DNA from: a bacterium
GTDB lineage: Bacteria > Verrucomicrobiota > Verrucomicrobiia > Opitutales > Opitutaceae
Direction of reading: 5' to 3'
NCBI GenBank assembly: GCA_021782105.1
Contig: JAJXVO010000001.1
Location: forward strand, 1 to 45,013
DNA length: 45,013 nucleotides
A program made the translations under genes and the position numbers. Below, in pieces: positions 6,970-15,847 of this stretch; the first letter of the stretch is position 1; every line of letters begins with the position of its first letter. The notes beneath the pieces were generated by a model. That model was not told the DNA's origin. It searched no databases and worked only from the letters and a program-made list of their open reading frames with translations.

Positions 6970-8808
6970 TCACCCGCGCGTGAGCACGCGGATGGAATGG
7001 GGTGGAATGTCCAGCCCGACCACCGCCTGCCCCTGCACTGTCGAGGCGGGCAGCGTCTGGCCGCCGAGCGCATCACGCACGGGAAGCGTCGGATTTGCAA
7101 GGTGCACGCGCACGGCGACCGGCTCATCGCGAAAGTTCTGCACGACCACTGCGCCGTTGTCGTAATCGAAGATCGCGACCTTCGAGGGTCCCTCCAGCCG
7201 GGCCGGCATGGCGGAGCAGACAAGCTCGCGAATTCGGTCAAGCACGTTCGGGGGCAGGCGATAAAGATCCAGCGGATTGTCCGGAATCGTCAGCACATAG
7301 AGCTTGCCGCGGTTGTACGCGTGCTGGAGCACGAGCGGGTAGCCCATTCCGGAGGCGCGGGCACTGAGGATGTCCCAGGAGTTGTTGGTGAGATAACGGA
7401 CTTCCGGGATCAGCATCGGCTTGGCGATCCGGTCCTCGCCTCCCCAATAGCTGAAATCCGCGACAAACGCGCGGCGCTCGCCACACCGCAGCTCGGCGAT
7501 GTCGCCCAGGCCCCTGTCCTGCAGGGCGTGCAGGAGTCCGGAGGTGATGAAGACGCGGCCGCCGGCCAGCAGCTTGGCCTTGATCTCCGCCACGATGGCG
7601 GGGTCGGCCTTTGCGTCCTCGGTGAGCAGCACGACCGAGGCCGCGGCAGGAAATTTTGGATACAGCTCCACCGGAATTCCGCACATGCCGAGGACATTGT
7701 GCAGATAGTCCTCACCGAGGGAGTTGAAGGGTCGGTACGAGGCGACGCCCACGGGGTTGCCCAGGTGCCCGACGACCTTGTCGGCGAGCGTGAGCGCCTG
7801 GCCTGCGACACAAGCGAGGGTCGGGGTGACCCCGTGCGGGACCGCGGCGACGGCTCGGTCATAATCGAACGAGGTGCCCTGCCCCTGCCAGGGAGCGCGA
7901 TCGTAGGGCTGAAGGGGCTCGGTGAGCTCATTGAGCGCGAAGAGCATGATCTCGGGGGCCTTGGCGAACATCGTGTCCCAAAGCTGCTCGGCGTAGCGGT
8001 CAGCATTGCCGCGGGCGCCGGTGTCGACCCAGCCCCCGCCATTGCGGCCTGGCGCGACGTTTTCAAGGTAACGGAAGATCTCGTAGCTCTGGTATTGCTG
8101 CAGATGCTGTCCGGTCATCACAGGGTCGCGCGTCTCCGTGCCCGTGTAGATGCGGTCGAACATGCCCGGCTCGGTCCCGAGGTTGTACCCCGACCCCTGG
8201 TAATGTTCGTACCAGTTCGGGAACTTGATGGTGATTTTCACGCGCGGGTTCACGGCCCGAGCGTCCGCCAGGACGAGGTCGCGGGCCACCTCGGTCATGA
8301 GGCCGAGACGGAACTGCGTCCACGACTGGTTCCCCTTCGCGGCGATGCAGCTGTCGCAGGTGCAGGTGGTGAAAAAGAAATCGTCGAGGATGAACGAATC
8401 GAAATTGCGCGCCGTGGCCTGGACGACGCGTTTGAACTCTTCGCGCTGCGCGGGCTGAGTGTAGCAGAACGTCTCGAAGAGATTCCGCTCGTTGCGCACC
8501 GCCGCGATGCCGCCGGCCACCTCGACGCCCCGCGATTCGAAGAATTTTTTTGCCGCCGCGAGCGTGGCGTCATCCACGAGGATGCCATCGCGAAAGGTTT
8601 CGAGATAGACCTTGTCGATCTTCACCTGCGACGAGACGAGATCCCATTGCGCACGCAGCCACGCGGGATCCTTCATCTTGCGGACTTCATACGCGCGGAC
8701 GTAGACCGCCACGTGGAAATTGCGGTAGTTGGACGCGGATGCCTGGGAGACGAGGGCCATTGAAAACAGCCCGAGAAGGAGGAACAGGGGGGATTTGAAC
8801 GAGGGCAT
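6970..8808 (-). CDS. Secreted hypothetical protein (612 aa), possibly glycosidase-like
   Basis: The signal peptide is MPSFKSPLFLLLGLFSMALVSQASA, from the ATG at the complement of 8806-8808. The context is glycoside hydrolases. I recognise no confident family motif. The track start at 8922 adds an unlikely 38-aa extension. Confidence 0.6.
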   Translation of the reverse strand: MPSFKSPLFLLLGLFSMALVSQASASNYRNFHVAVYVRAYEVRKMKDPAWLRAQWDLVSSQVKIDKVYLETFRDGILVDDATLAAAKKFFESRGVEVAGGIAAVRNERNLFETFCYTQPAQREEFKRVVQATARNFDSFILDDFFFTTCTCDSCIAAKGNQSWTQFRLGLMTEVARDLVLADARAVNPRVKITIKFPNWYEHYQGSGYNLGTEPGMFDRIYTGTETRDPVMTGQHLQQYQSYEIFRYLENVAPGRNGGGWVDTGARGNADRYAEQLWDTMFAKAPEIMLFALNELTEPLQPYDRAPWQGQGTSFDYDRAVAAVPHGVTPTLACVAGQALTLADKVVGHLGNPVGVASYRPFNSLGEDYLHNVLGMCGIPVELYPKFPAAASVVLLTEDAKADPAIVAEIKAKLLAGGRVFITSGLLHALQDRGLGDIAELRCGERRAFVADFSYWGGEDRIAKPMLIPEVRYLTNNSWDILSARASGMGYPLVLQHAYNRGKLYVLTIPDNPLDLYRLPPNVLDRIRELVCSAMPARLEGPSKVAIFDYDNGAVVVQNFRDEPVAVRVHLANPTLPVRDALGGQTLPASTVQGQAVVGLDIPPHSIRVLTRG

Positions 8809-9016
8809 GGGGGAACGCGGTTCGTCCGCAGCGCCGGGAGCGCCGCGTGCTGAGAGTGACGGGGGGCCTTCAAGGCCGCTCCTGATCGTCCCTGCTGTCA
8901 ACGTGGAGGTCCCCTGTCTCAACTGTTTGAATCATAAACCGGGATCCGACGGGCCACGCGGGGCCACGATGCAATTGTGGCGGAAGTCTAGGCAAAGCGC
9001 TCGCAAATCGATAGAC

Positions 9017-11476
9017 ATGATGCCCTCCCCGCCCCTGCACGCCATGCAACCACACCTCCCCCTACGTCTGCTCGTTCTGTCGTCTCTCCTGTTTTCGTCG
9101 GCAGCCCTTGGGCTTGCCGGGCAAAGTCCGCGCTTTGCGCCCGCCTGTCCTCCGACCGCACCGCTCCTGATGCGCGAAAACTGGCCCGCCTCCTGGATCG
9201 CTGCGCCCAACGCGTCACCCTTCGACTACGGCGTGTTCCTGTTCCGACGGACCTTCGAGCTCGCGAAGGCGCCCGGTCGCTTCGTCGTGCATGTCTCGGC
9301 CGACAACCGCTATCGCCTCTTCGTAAACGGACATTCGGTCTGCTTCGGACCGGAGCGCAGCGACCTGATGCTCACGCGTTACGACTCGGTCGACCTCGCT
9401 CCGTACCTGCACCCTGGGGCAAACGTCCTCGCGGCCGAGGTCGTCAATTACGGCGAATACCGTCCGGCGGCGCTCGTCAGTCACGGCACCGCGTTTCTCC
9501 TTCAGGGCGACGGTCCGGCCGAGCGGGTCGCCGACACTGGAACGGCGTGGAGGGTCCTTCGCGCGGATGCCTGCACACCCGACTCTCCCGATCCTGCGAA
9601 AATCCGCGGCTACTACGTCGCAGGGCCGGGCGATGCCGTGGACGGAAGGCGTTTCCCCTGGGGATGGGAGCAGGCGTCTTTCGATGACTCGCTCTGGGAA
9701 ACGCCGCGACTGCTCGGCCGAGGAACCCCTCGGTATCACGGCACGGACCTGGTGCGCTGGCTCGCGCCGCGCAACATTCCGCTGCTGCCCGAAACGCTCC
9801 AGCACTTGGCCAGCGTGCGCCGCGCGGAGGGCGTCGACATCCCGGCCGCCTTTCCGACTGGGCACGCCCCCTTCCGGGTGCCCGCCCACACCCACGCCGT
9901 GATCCTGCTGGACCAGGGTTTCGAAACGCTCGCGTTTCCGTACGTGACCGTCACCGGCGGGCGAGGCGCCAGGATCACACTCGCCTACGCCGAGGCGCTG
10001 TTCGACAAGGACGGCAGGAAAGGCAATCGCGACGAGATCCAAGGCAAGCACCTCTCCGGGCTCGAAGATCACTTCATCGCCGACAGCGGACAACATCGTC
10101 GCTTCGAACCCCTGGATGTCCGCTGCTACCGCTACCTCGAACTGCGGGTGACCACCGGCGACGAACCGCTGACGGTCGACGACCTTGCGGGGATGGCGAC
10201 AGGCTACCCGTTCCACCGCAACGCGGCCTTTGGCAGCGACGATCCCGAACTCGGGAAGATCTGGAACGTCGGCTGGCGGACCGCGCGGCTGTGCGCCTTC
10301 GAGACCTACATGGACTGCCCATACTACGAGCGCATGCAGTATGTGGGCGACACGCGTATCCAGGCGCTCATTTCATTGTATGTGTCGGGCGACGACCGCC
10401 TCGTCCGCAACGCGATCGAGCTCGCCGACCGCTCGAGGCTCCCGGATGGACTCACGCAGAGCCGGGCCCCCAGCGATCCGCCGCAGGTGATCGACACCTT
10501 TTCGCTCTATTGGGTCGAGATGGTCCATGACTACTGGATGCTCCGCGACGACCCCGCCTTCGTGAAAGCGAGGCTCGGCGGCATTCGGGACGTGCTGGAC
10601 TGGTTTGAGCGGCACGTGGATGCGAAGACAGGCATGCTCGGTCCGCTGCCCTACTGGTCGTTTGTCGACTGGACCAAGGAATGGCCCTGGGACCACCAGC
10701 TCGATCGGGGCGGAGAACCGCGGGGCGCGGAGACGGGCGGTTCGGCAATCGTGACGCTCCAGTATGCGTTGACGCTCGATCGGGCCGCCCAGCTCTTCAG
10801 GGCCTTCGGCAGGACCGACGAAGCAAGCCATTGCGAGACGCTCGCCCGTTCCCTGCGCGCAGCAACCCTTGCGCTGTGCTGGGACCAGAACCGCGGCCTG
10901 CTCGCCGACACGCCAGCCAAGTGCGAATTCAGCCAGCATGCCAACGCGCTGGCCGTGCTCTCCGGCGCCGTGAAGGGCACCGCGGCACGCGAACTCATGA
11001 CGCGTACGCTCGACGATCGCAGCCTCGTCGCCTGCTCGCTCTATTTCCGCTTCTACCTGCTCCGGGCGATGACGATGGCCGGCCTCGGCAACGACTACGT
11101 CGCCCAGCTTGGACCCTGGCGCGACATGCTGGCCGCCGGCCTCACCACCTTTGCCGAGACGCCCGATCACCCGCGCAGCGACTGCCACGCCTGGAGCGCC
11201 TCTCCGGTCTACGATTTGCTCGCGACCGTCTGTGGCATCGAGCCCGGCAGTCCGGGCTTTAAAACCGTGCGCATCGCGCCCCACCTCGGGCCACTGCACC
11301 ACGTGCAAGGTTCCGTCCCTCACCCGGACGGGGTCATCCGCGTGACTCTCGATCGGAAGTCCGGGACCGCGCTGCATGCGGTCGTCGACCTTCCCCAGGG
11401 ACTGACGGGAACATTCTGCTGGGGCGGCCGCACCTGGCCCCTGAGTGCGGGGCAACAAACCATCGACACTCCCTAA
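9017..11476 (+). CDS. GH78-like alpha-L-rhamnosidase family protein, secreted
   Basis: The signal peptide begins MMPSPPLHAMQPHLPLRLLVLSSLLFSSAALGLAG. The central FETYMDCPYYERMQYVGDTRIQAL and the six-hairpin-type C-terminal half (AETPDHPRSDCHAWSASPVYDL) match bacterial rhamnosidase-family proteins as I remember them. The ATG is at 9017. Confidence 0.7.
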   Translation: MMPSPPLHAMQPHLPLRLLVLSSLLFSSAALGLAGQSPRFAPACPPTAPLLMRENWPASWIAAPNASPFDYGVFLFRRTFELAKAPGRFVVHVSADNRYRLFVNGHSVCFGPERSDLMLTRYDSVDLAPYLHPGANVLAAEVVNYGEYRPAALVSHGTAFLLQGDGPAERVADTGTAWRVLRADACTPDSPDPAKIRGYYVAGPGDAVDGRRFPWGWEQASFDDSLWETPRLLGRGTPRYHGTDLVRWLAPRNIPLLPETLQHLASVRRAEGVDIPAAFPTGHAPFRVPAHTHAVILLDQGFETLAFPYVTVTGGRGARITLAYAEALFDKDGRKGNRDEIQGKHLSGLEDHFIADSGQHRRFEPLDVRCYRYLELRVTTGDEPLTVDDLAGMATGYPFHRNAAFGSDDPELGKIWNVGWRTARLCAFETYMDCPYYERMQYVGDTRIQALISLYVSGDDRLVRNAIELADRSRLPDGLTQSRAPSDPPQVIDTFSLYWVEMVHDYWMLRDDPAFVKARLGGIRDVLDWFERHVDAKTGMLGPLPYWSFVDWTKEWPWDHQLDRGGEPRGAETGGSAIVTLQYALTLDRAAQLFRAFGRTDEASHCETLARSLRAATLALCWDQNRGLLADTPAKCEFSQHANALAVLSGAVKGTAARELMTRTLDDRSLVACSLYFRFYLLRAMTMAGLGNDYVAQLGPWRDMLAAGLTTFAETPDHPRSDCHAWSASPVYDLLATVCGIEPGSPGFKTVRIAPHLGPLHHVQGSVPHPDGVIRVTLDRKSGTALHAVVDLPQGLTGTFCWGGRTWPLSAGQQTIDTP

Positions 11477-11608
11477 GGATCGCATCGAGCCACGTCCCAG
11501 CCTTTTTCTCTATTGATCGCATTCGTCTCATTGGCGCGCCGGGTCTTTGCGCTTGAGTGCCCACGCAAGAACGGCGCTCCATCGTCCCTTTTCCAACCCA
11601 CCTTATCC

Positions 11609-14233
11609 GTGCCAACCCCTGTTTTTCCCGTCTCCCGACGCCACCTGCTCACGCTCGCCGGACTACTCGCCCTCGGTTCCATCGCCGCCCGCGCATCGGA
11701 ATCCGTTCCCAAGGGCTGGTTTGCCTGGCCGCTTGTCATGCCCAAGGCAGGCTCCGCGCTCGATGCCAGCGGACTCAACGCCGTTCCCGCCGGCGCGCAC
11801 GGCCGAATCCGCGTCGAAGACGGACACTTTGTCACCGGTGACGGCCACCGCATCCGCTTCTGGGGCGCGAATCTCACCGCCGACGACGCCTTCGTGTCCG
11901 CCAAGCGGGCCGACGAACTCGCCGAGCTGTTCGCCCGCAACGGCATCAACATCGTGCGGCTCCACCATCTCGACAACCCCTGGGCGATCAAGACCGGCGG
12001 GAGCATCTGGCGCAAGGACCGTGCCGATCACCTCGAGATCGATCCCGCCCAGCTCGACAAGATCCACCGTCTGGTCGCCGCCTTCAAGGCCCGCGGCATC
12101 TACATCGACATCAATCTGAAGGTGTCCAAGACGCTCGTCGCCGCCGACGGCTTCCCCACGACCGTCTCACAATTCCCCGACTTTCAAAAACGCATCGACA
12201 TGGCCGACCGCCGCATGATCGAGCTGCAAAAGCTCTATGCCCGCGAATTCCTCGGCCCTGTGAATCCGTATACCGGATACTCCCTCGCCGAGGATCCCGC
12301 CGTCGCGACGGTGGAGACCAACAACGAGAACTCGCTCCTCGGATACTGGACGCGAGACCTCGGGAGGGGGATCGACGCCTTCCCCGAGCCTTTCCGCGGC
12401 GAGATCCGGACGATGTGGAACGCCTGGCTCGCCAAACGTTATGCCACGGATGCCGCCCTCGCCGCCGCCTGGGAGCCCGCCGCCGCATCGGGCACCGCCC
12501 CTCTTCTTGCGCCTGATGCGAAGTGGCTGCCCCACCTCACCGACGGCAGCCAGGTCGAAATCCTTCCCGGATCAAACGGCACCACGCTCAAGGTCCGCGT
12601 CCTGAAGACGACGGGACAGGATTGGCACGTGCAGGTCTCCACCGGCGGTCTCCCGCTGGAAGACCGTGGCGTCTACACGATCGAATTCGACGCCCGCGCC
12701 GACAAGCCCCGGACCATCCAGGTGTCCGTCAGCAACGACCCCGCCGGCGGCGACGAGTGGCGCAGTTTCGGCGTCATGCAGACCTTCGCACTCACGCCCG
12801 CATGGGTCCACGAACGGGTGGTTTTCCCCGCCCACGGCGTGGGAGCCTCCAAGGGGGCTCTCAGCTTCAACGTGGGCCAGGCGACAGGCACCGTCTCTCT
12901 CAAGAATCTTCGTTTCTTCGCCGGTTGCGCAGGCGCCGGACTCCAGCGCGGCCAGTCCGCACGCGCAGGCACCGTGCCGCTGCCCATCACTCCGAGCAAG
13001 GCCCAGTGGGCCGACTGGATTGCCTTCCTCGCCGATACCGAACGCTCGTATGCCGACGAGATGCGCGCCTACCTCCGCAACGACCTTCACGTGAAGGCGC
13101 CCATCACGATCACCCAGATCGAGTACGGCGGGATCGAGGGTCTCTGGCGCGAACAGGGCTCCGACTACGCCGACAGTCACGCCTACTGGCAGCATCCCAG
13201 TTTTGCCGGCGGTGCTTGGAACCTGTCGCACTGGTCCATCGCCAACTCCCCCCAACTCGCCGTGTTCACCGACCGCAATTTCGGGGCACTCGGCGGGCTC
13301 GCCATGAATCGCGTCGCAGGGAAGCCCCTGACGGTCAGCGAATATGACCACCCCGCGCCCTCCGATTTTGTGTCGGAGATGTATCCGACCTTCGCCGCCT
13401 TCGCCGCACGCCAGGATTGGGACGGGCTTTACCCCTTCGCGATGGGAGACGTCAGAAATCCCAACCACGGCGCGATCAGCAATTTCTTCGACCAGCAGCA
13501 CCATCCGGCTAAATGGGGCCTGTCGCGCTTCGCGACGCTCGTCTTCCGCGAGGCGCTCGTCCCCGCCGCCCCTGCCGCAGCGGTCCTGCGCCCCGGCACG
13601 CCGCCTTGGAGCGAGGCTTACCACGAGGACACGCTCTGGAAACGGCTCATCCCCACGGGTCCGATCGGCTTCCTCGATACCCGGCTTTCGGTGAGCGACG
13701 CCTTCCTGCCAGCCGGCGAACGCGTTCGCGTCGACCGCGTCGGCACTCCCGTCCCTGGTCCGGTTCGCGTCGTCGCCGGCCCCGCAGGCAAGCTCTTCAT
13801 CATCGACGCCCCGCAGGCCGCGGCCGTCGTGGGTTTCATCGGCGGAGCGGACCAAGCAGCCGGTCCCCTCAAGGTCTCCTGCCCCCGCTTCGGTCGCAAC
13901 TTCGGCGCGGTCACGGCGGTCTCGCTCGACGGCAAGACCCTCCCTGAGTCCGGCCGCATCCTCGTCACGCTCGTCGCCCGCGCCGAAAACCAGGGCATGA
14001 TCTGGAATTCGGACCGCACAAGTGTAGGGGGAAACTGGGGACACGGCCCCACGATCGCCGAGCGCATTCCCGCCAGCCTTTCACTCGCCTGTTCGGGCCC
14101 GAGACGGGTGTTCGCGCTCGTTCCCGATGGCACCCGCGCAAGGCAGGTCGCATCCACGTACGCAGACGGCCGCCTGAGTTTCCGGGACTCCGCTGGCGAT
14201 GCCACGATCGACTACGAGATCGTCGCCCCCTGA
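11609..14233 (+). CDS. GH5-like (clan GH-A) TIM-barrel glycosidase with an inserted CBM4/9-like domain; Tat-type signal
   Basis: Motifs include RIRFWGANL, INIVRLHHLD, VETNNENSLLGYW (an NE acid/base-like motif) and PLTVSEYDHP (nucleophile-like). The start is uncertain. The track start at 11513 is TTG. I prefer the in-frame GTG at 11609, which gives MPTPVFPVSRRHLLTLAGLLALGSIAARA, a twin-arginine-like signal. Confidence 0.6.
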   Translation: MPTPVFPVSRRHLLTLAGLLALGSIAARASESVPKGWFAWPLVMPKAGSALDASGLNAVPAGAHGRIRVEDGHFVTGDGHRIRFWGANLTADDAFVSAKRADELAELFARNGINIVRLHHLDNPWAIKTGGSIWRKDRADHLEIDPAQLDKIHRLVAAFKARGIYIDINLKVSKTLVAADGFPTTVSQFPDFQKRIDMADRRMIELQKLYAREFLGPVNPYTGYSLAEDPAVATVETNNENSLLGYWTRDLGRGIDAFPEPFRGEIRTMWNAWLAKRYATDAALAAAWEPAAASGTAPLLAPDAKWLPHLTDGSQVEILPGSNGTTLKVRVLKTTGQDWHVQVSTGGLPLEDRGVYTIEFDARADKPRTIQVSVSNDPAGGDEWRSFGVMQTFALTPAWVHERVVFPAHGVGASKGALSFNVGQATGTVSLKNLRFFAGCAGAGLQRGQSARAGTVPLPITPSKAQWADWIAFLADTERSYADEMRAYLRNDLHVKAPITITQIEYGGIEGLWREQGSDYADSHAYWQHPSFAGGAWNLSHWSIANSPQLAVFTDRNFGALGGLAMNRVAGKPLTVSEYDHPAPSDFVSEMYPTFAAFAARQDWDGLYPFAMGDVRNPNHGAISNFFDQQHHPAKWGLSRFATLVFREALVPAAPAAAVLRPGTPPWSEAYHEDTLWKRLIPTGPIGFLDTRLSVSDAFLPAGERVRVDRVGTPVPGPVRVVAGPAGKLFIIDAPQAAAVVGFIGGADQAAGPLKVSCPRFGRNFGAVTAVSLDGKTLPESGRILVTLVARAENQGMIWNSDRTSVGGNWGHGPTIAERIPASLSLACSGPRRVFALVPDGTRARQVASTYADGRLSFRDSAGDATIDYEIVAP

Positions 14234-14258
14234 AAAGCGCCCAGCATCCAATCTCGAA

Positions 14259-14283
14259 GGGAGCCACCGCGGCTCCCTTTATT
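14259..14283 (+). terminator. Rho-independent terminator after the GH5-like gene
   Basis: GGGAGCC-ACCGC-GGCTCCC forms a perfect 7-bp GC-rich stem followed by TTTATTG. It starts 26 nt after the stop, in a convergent intergenic gap. Confidence 0.55.
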
Positions 14284-14301
14284 GTGCTCTGACCAAGCGC
14301 C

Positions 14302-15786
14302 TCAGGTGACCTGCAACGCGGCGCAGCATTTGCGGAAATGGTGCCCGTAGATCGCGAAGGTCACGGCCAGCTGAATCAGCCTCGGACGGTGCGCGGCGGT
14401 CCATGCAAGCAACCCCCAATACTCGAACCGCTCGCGGCCGATCACTCCCAGCCGCACACTCGACAGCAGCAGCGCCAGAAGATGGCGCCACTCCACGGGC
14501 GCCGTGATCTTCGGCCGTTTGTATTCCCGCAGGAAGGTGCGGACGCGCTGGTAGTAGGGATGGGGCGAGTAGATCCGCCTCAGCACTTCGCGATACCCGT
14601 CCAGCAGCTGCTGTGCGGGCATCGTCGGCGTGAAATTAAGCGAGCCGTCGCTGTTGTTGCCGCTCGTGTCGTGCAGCAGCCTGCCCTCGCGATCCAGCCG
14701 GGCGTGCAGCCGCGTCCCGGGCAGGGCATTGAGAATGCCCACCATGGCCGTCACGACGCCGCTCTGCTGGATGAAGTCGATTTGCCGCTGGAAGATCGAT
14801 GGGAGGTCGCTGTCGAAACCGACGATGAACCCACCCTGAACCTGGAGCCCCGCCCGCTGGATCCGCTTCACATCCGCGACAAGGTCGCGCCCCTGGTTTT
14901 GCCGTTTGTTGCACTCGGCCAGGGCCGCCGCATCCGGAGTTTCAATACCCACGAACACGGTGTCGAACCCAGCCTCGGCCATCTGCTCCATGAGCACGGA
15001 GTCGTCGGCGAGATTGATCGATGCCTCCGTGTAGAACGGGAACTTTCGCCCGTTGGCACGCTGCCACGCAGTCAGGGCCGGCAGCAGCTCCAGCTTCAGG
15101 GTCCTCTTGTTGCCGATCAGGTTGTCGTCGACAAAAAAGACCGGGCCCTTCCAGCCGCAGTGCCGCAGGTCGGCGAGTTCGGCGAGCACCTGGGCAGCCG
15201 TCTTCGTCCTCGGGAGGTGGCCAAATTTCGCGGTCACATCGCAGAATTCGCAGTCGAAGGGACATCCCCGCGAATACTGGACGCTCATCGAGCTGTAACA
15301 GCTCAGCCGGGCAAGCTCCCAGCGCGGCCGCGGGGTGGCATGGACATCCGCAAACGCGGCGCTGGCGTAGACCCTCAGCGCCTTCCCTGCGGCAAGGTCC
15401 GCGAGAAACGGCGCAAGCGTCAACTCCGCCTCATTGAGTATGAAGTGTGTCACCTCCGGAAACCCGTCCTGGTCACTCGTGAACAACGGTCCGCCCGCGA
15501 CGATCGGTTTCCCCAGCGCGGAGCAGCGCGCGAGCGTCTCGTTCACCGAGGCACGCTGGGCGATCATGGCGCTGACGAAAATCATGTCGGCCCAGCGCAG
15601 GTCCGCGTCCTTCAGTTTTTGCACGTTCATATCCACCAGGCGCAGGTTCCAATCGCGTGGCAACATGGCGGCCACCGTGAGCAACCCGAGCGGAGGGAGC
15701 GCTGCGCGCTTGTGAATAAACCGCAACGCATGCTTGAAGCTCCAGAATGTCTCCGGAAACTCGGGATAGAGCAGCAACGCGTTCAA
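14302..15786 (-). CDS. B12-binding-domain radical SAM protein (DUF4070-type C-terminus)
   Basis: The N-terminus MNALLLYPEFPETFWSFKHALRFIHKRAALPPLGLLTVAAMLP is typical of this subfamily. The cobalamin-binding-like region contains DMIFVSAMIAQ. The radical SAM cluster motif is YSRGCPFDCEFCDV (CxxxCxxC). The start codon is TTG (complement of 15784-15786). Confidence 0.85.
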   Translation of the reverse strand: MNALLLYPEFPETFWSFKHALRFIHKRAALPPLGLLTVAAMLPRDWNLRLVDMNVQKLKDADLRWADMIFVSAMIAQRASVNETLARCSALGKPIVAGGPLFTSDQDGFPEVTHFILNEAELTLAPFLADLAAGKALRVYASAAFADVHATPRPRWELARLSCYSSMSVQYSRGCPFDCEFCDVTAKFGHLPRTKTAAQVLAELADLRHCGWKGPVFFVDDNLIGNKRTLKLELLPALTAWQRANGRKFPFYTEASINLADDSVLMEQMAEAGFDTVFVGIETPDAAALAECNKRQNQGRDLVADVKRIQRAGLQVQGGFIVGFDSDLPSIFQRQIDFIQQSGVVTAMVGILNALPGTRLHARLDREGRLLHDTSGNNSDGSLNFTPTMPAQQLLDGYREVLRRIYSPHPYYQRVRTFLREYKRPKITAPVEWRHLLALLLSSVRLGVIGRERFEYWGLLAWTAAHRPRLIQLAVTFAIYGHHFRKCCAALQVT

Positions 15787-15847
15787 GGTTCTCTCAGGCT
15801 ATCGCTCTTGGGCAATGATGGAAAGCCCCATCTCCCGCCACCCCCGG

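Noticed and set aside
5732-8763. Very long plus-strand ORFs (5732..7165, 477 aa; 6997..8763, 588 aa) opposite the PD40 and secreted-protein genes. Similar cases are 12572..14044 (-), 14338..15954 (+), 26369..28315 (+), 31980..33851 (+) and 4084..5679 (-).
   Set aside because: Their translations are Arg/Gly/Pro/Ala/His-rich with no recognisable motifs. The opposite strand encodes proteins with clear family signatures. Long stop-free antisense frames are expected at this GC content.
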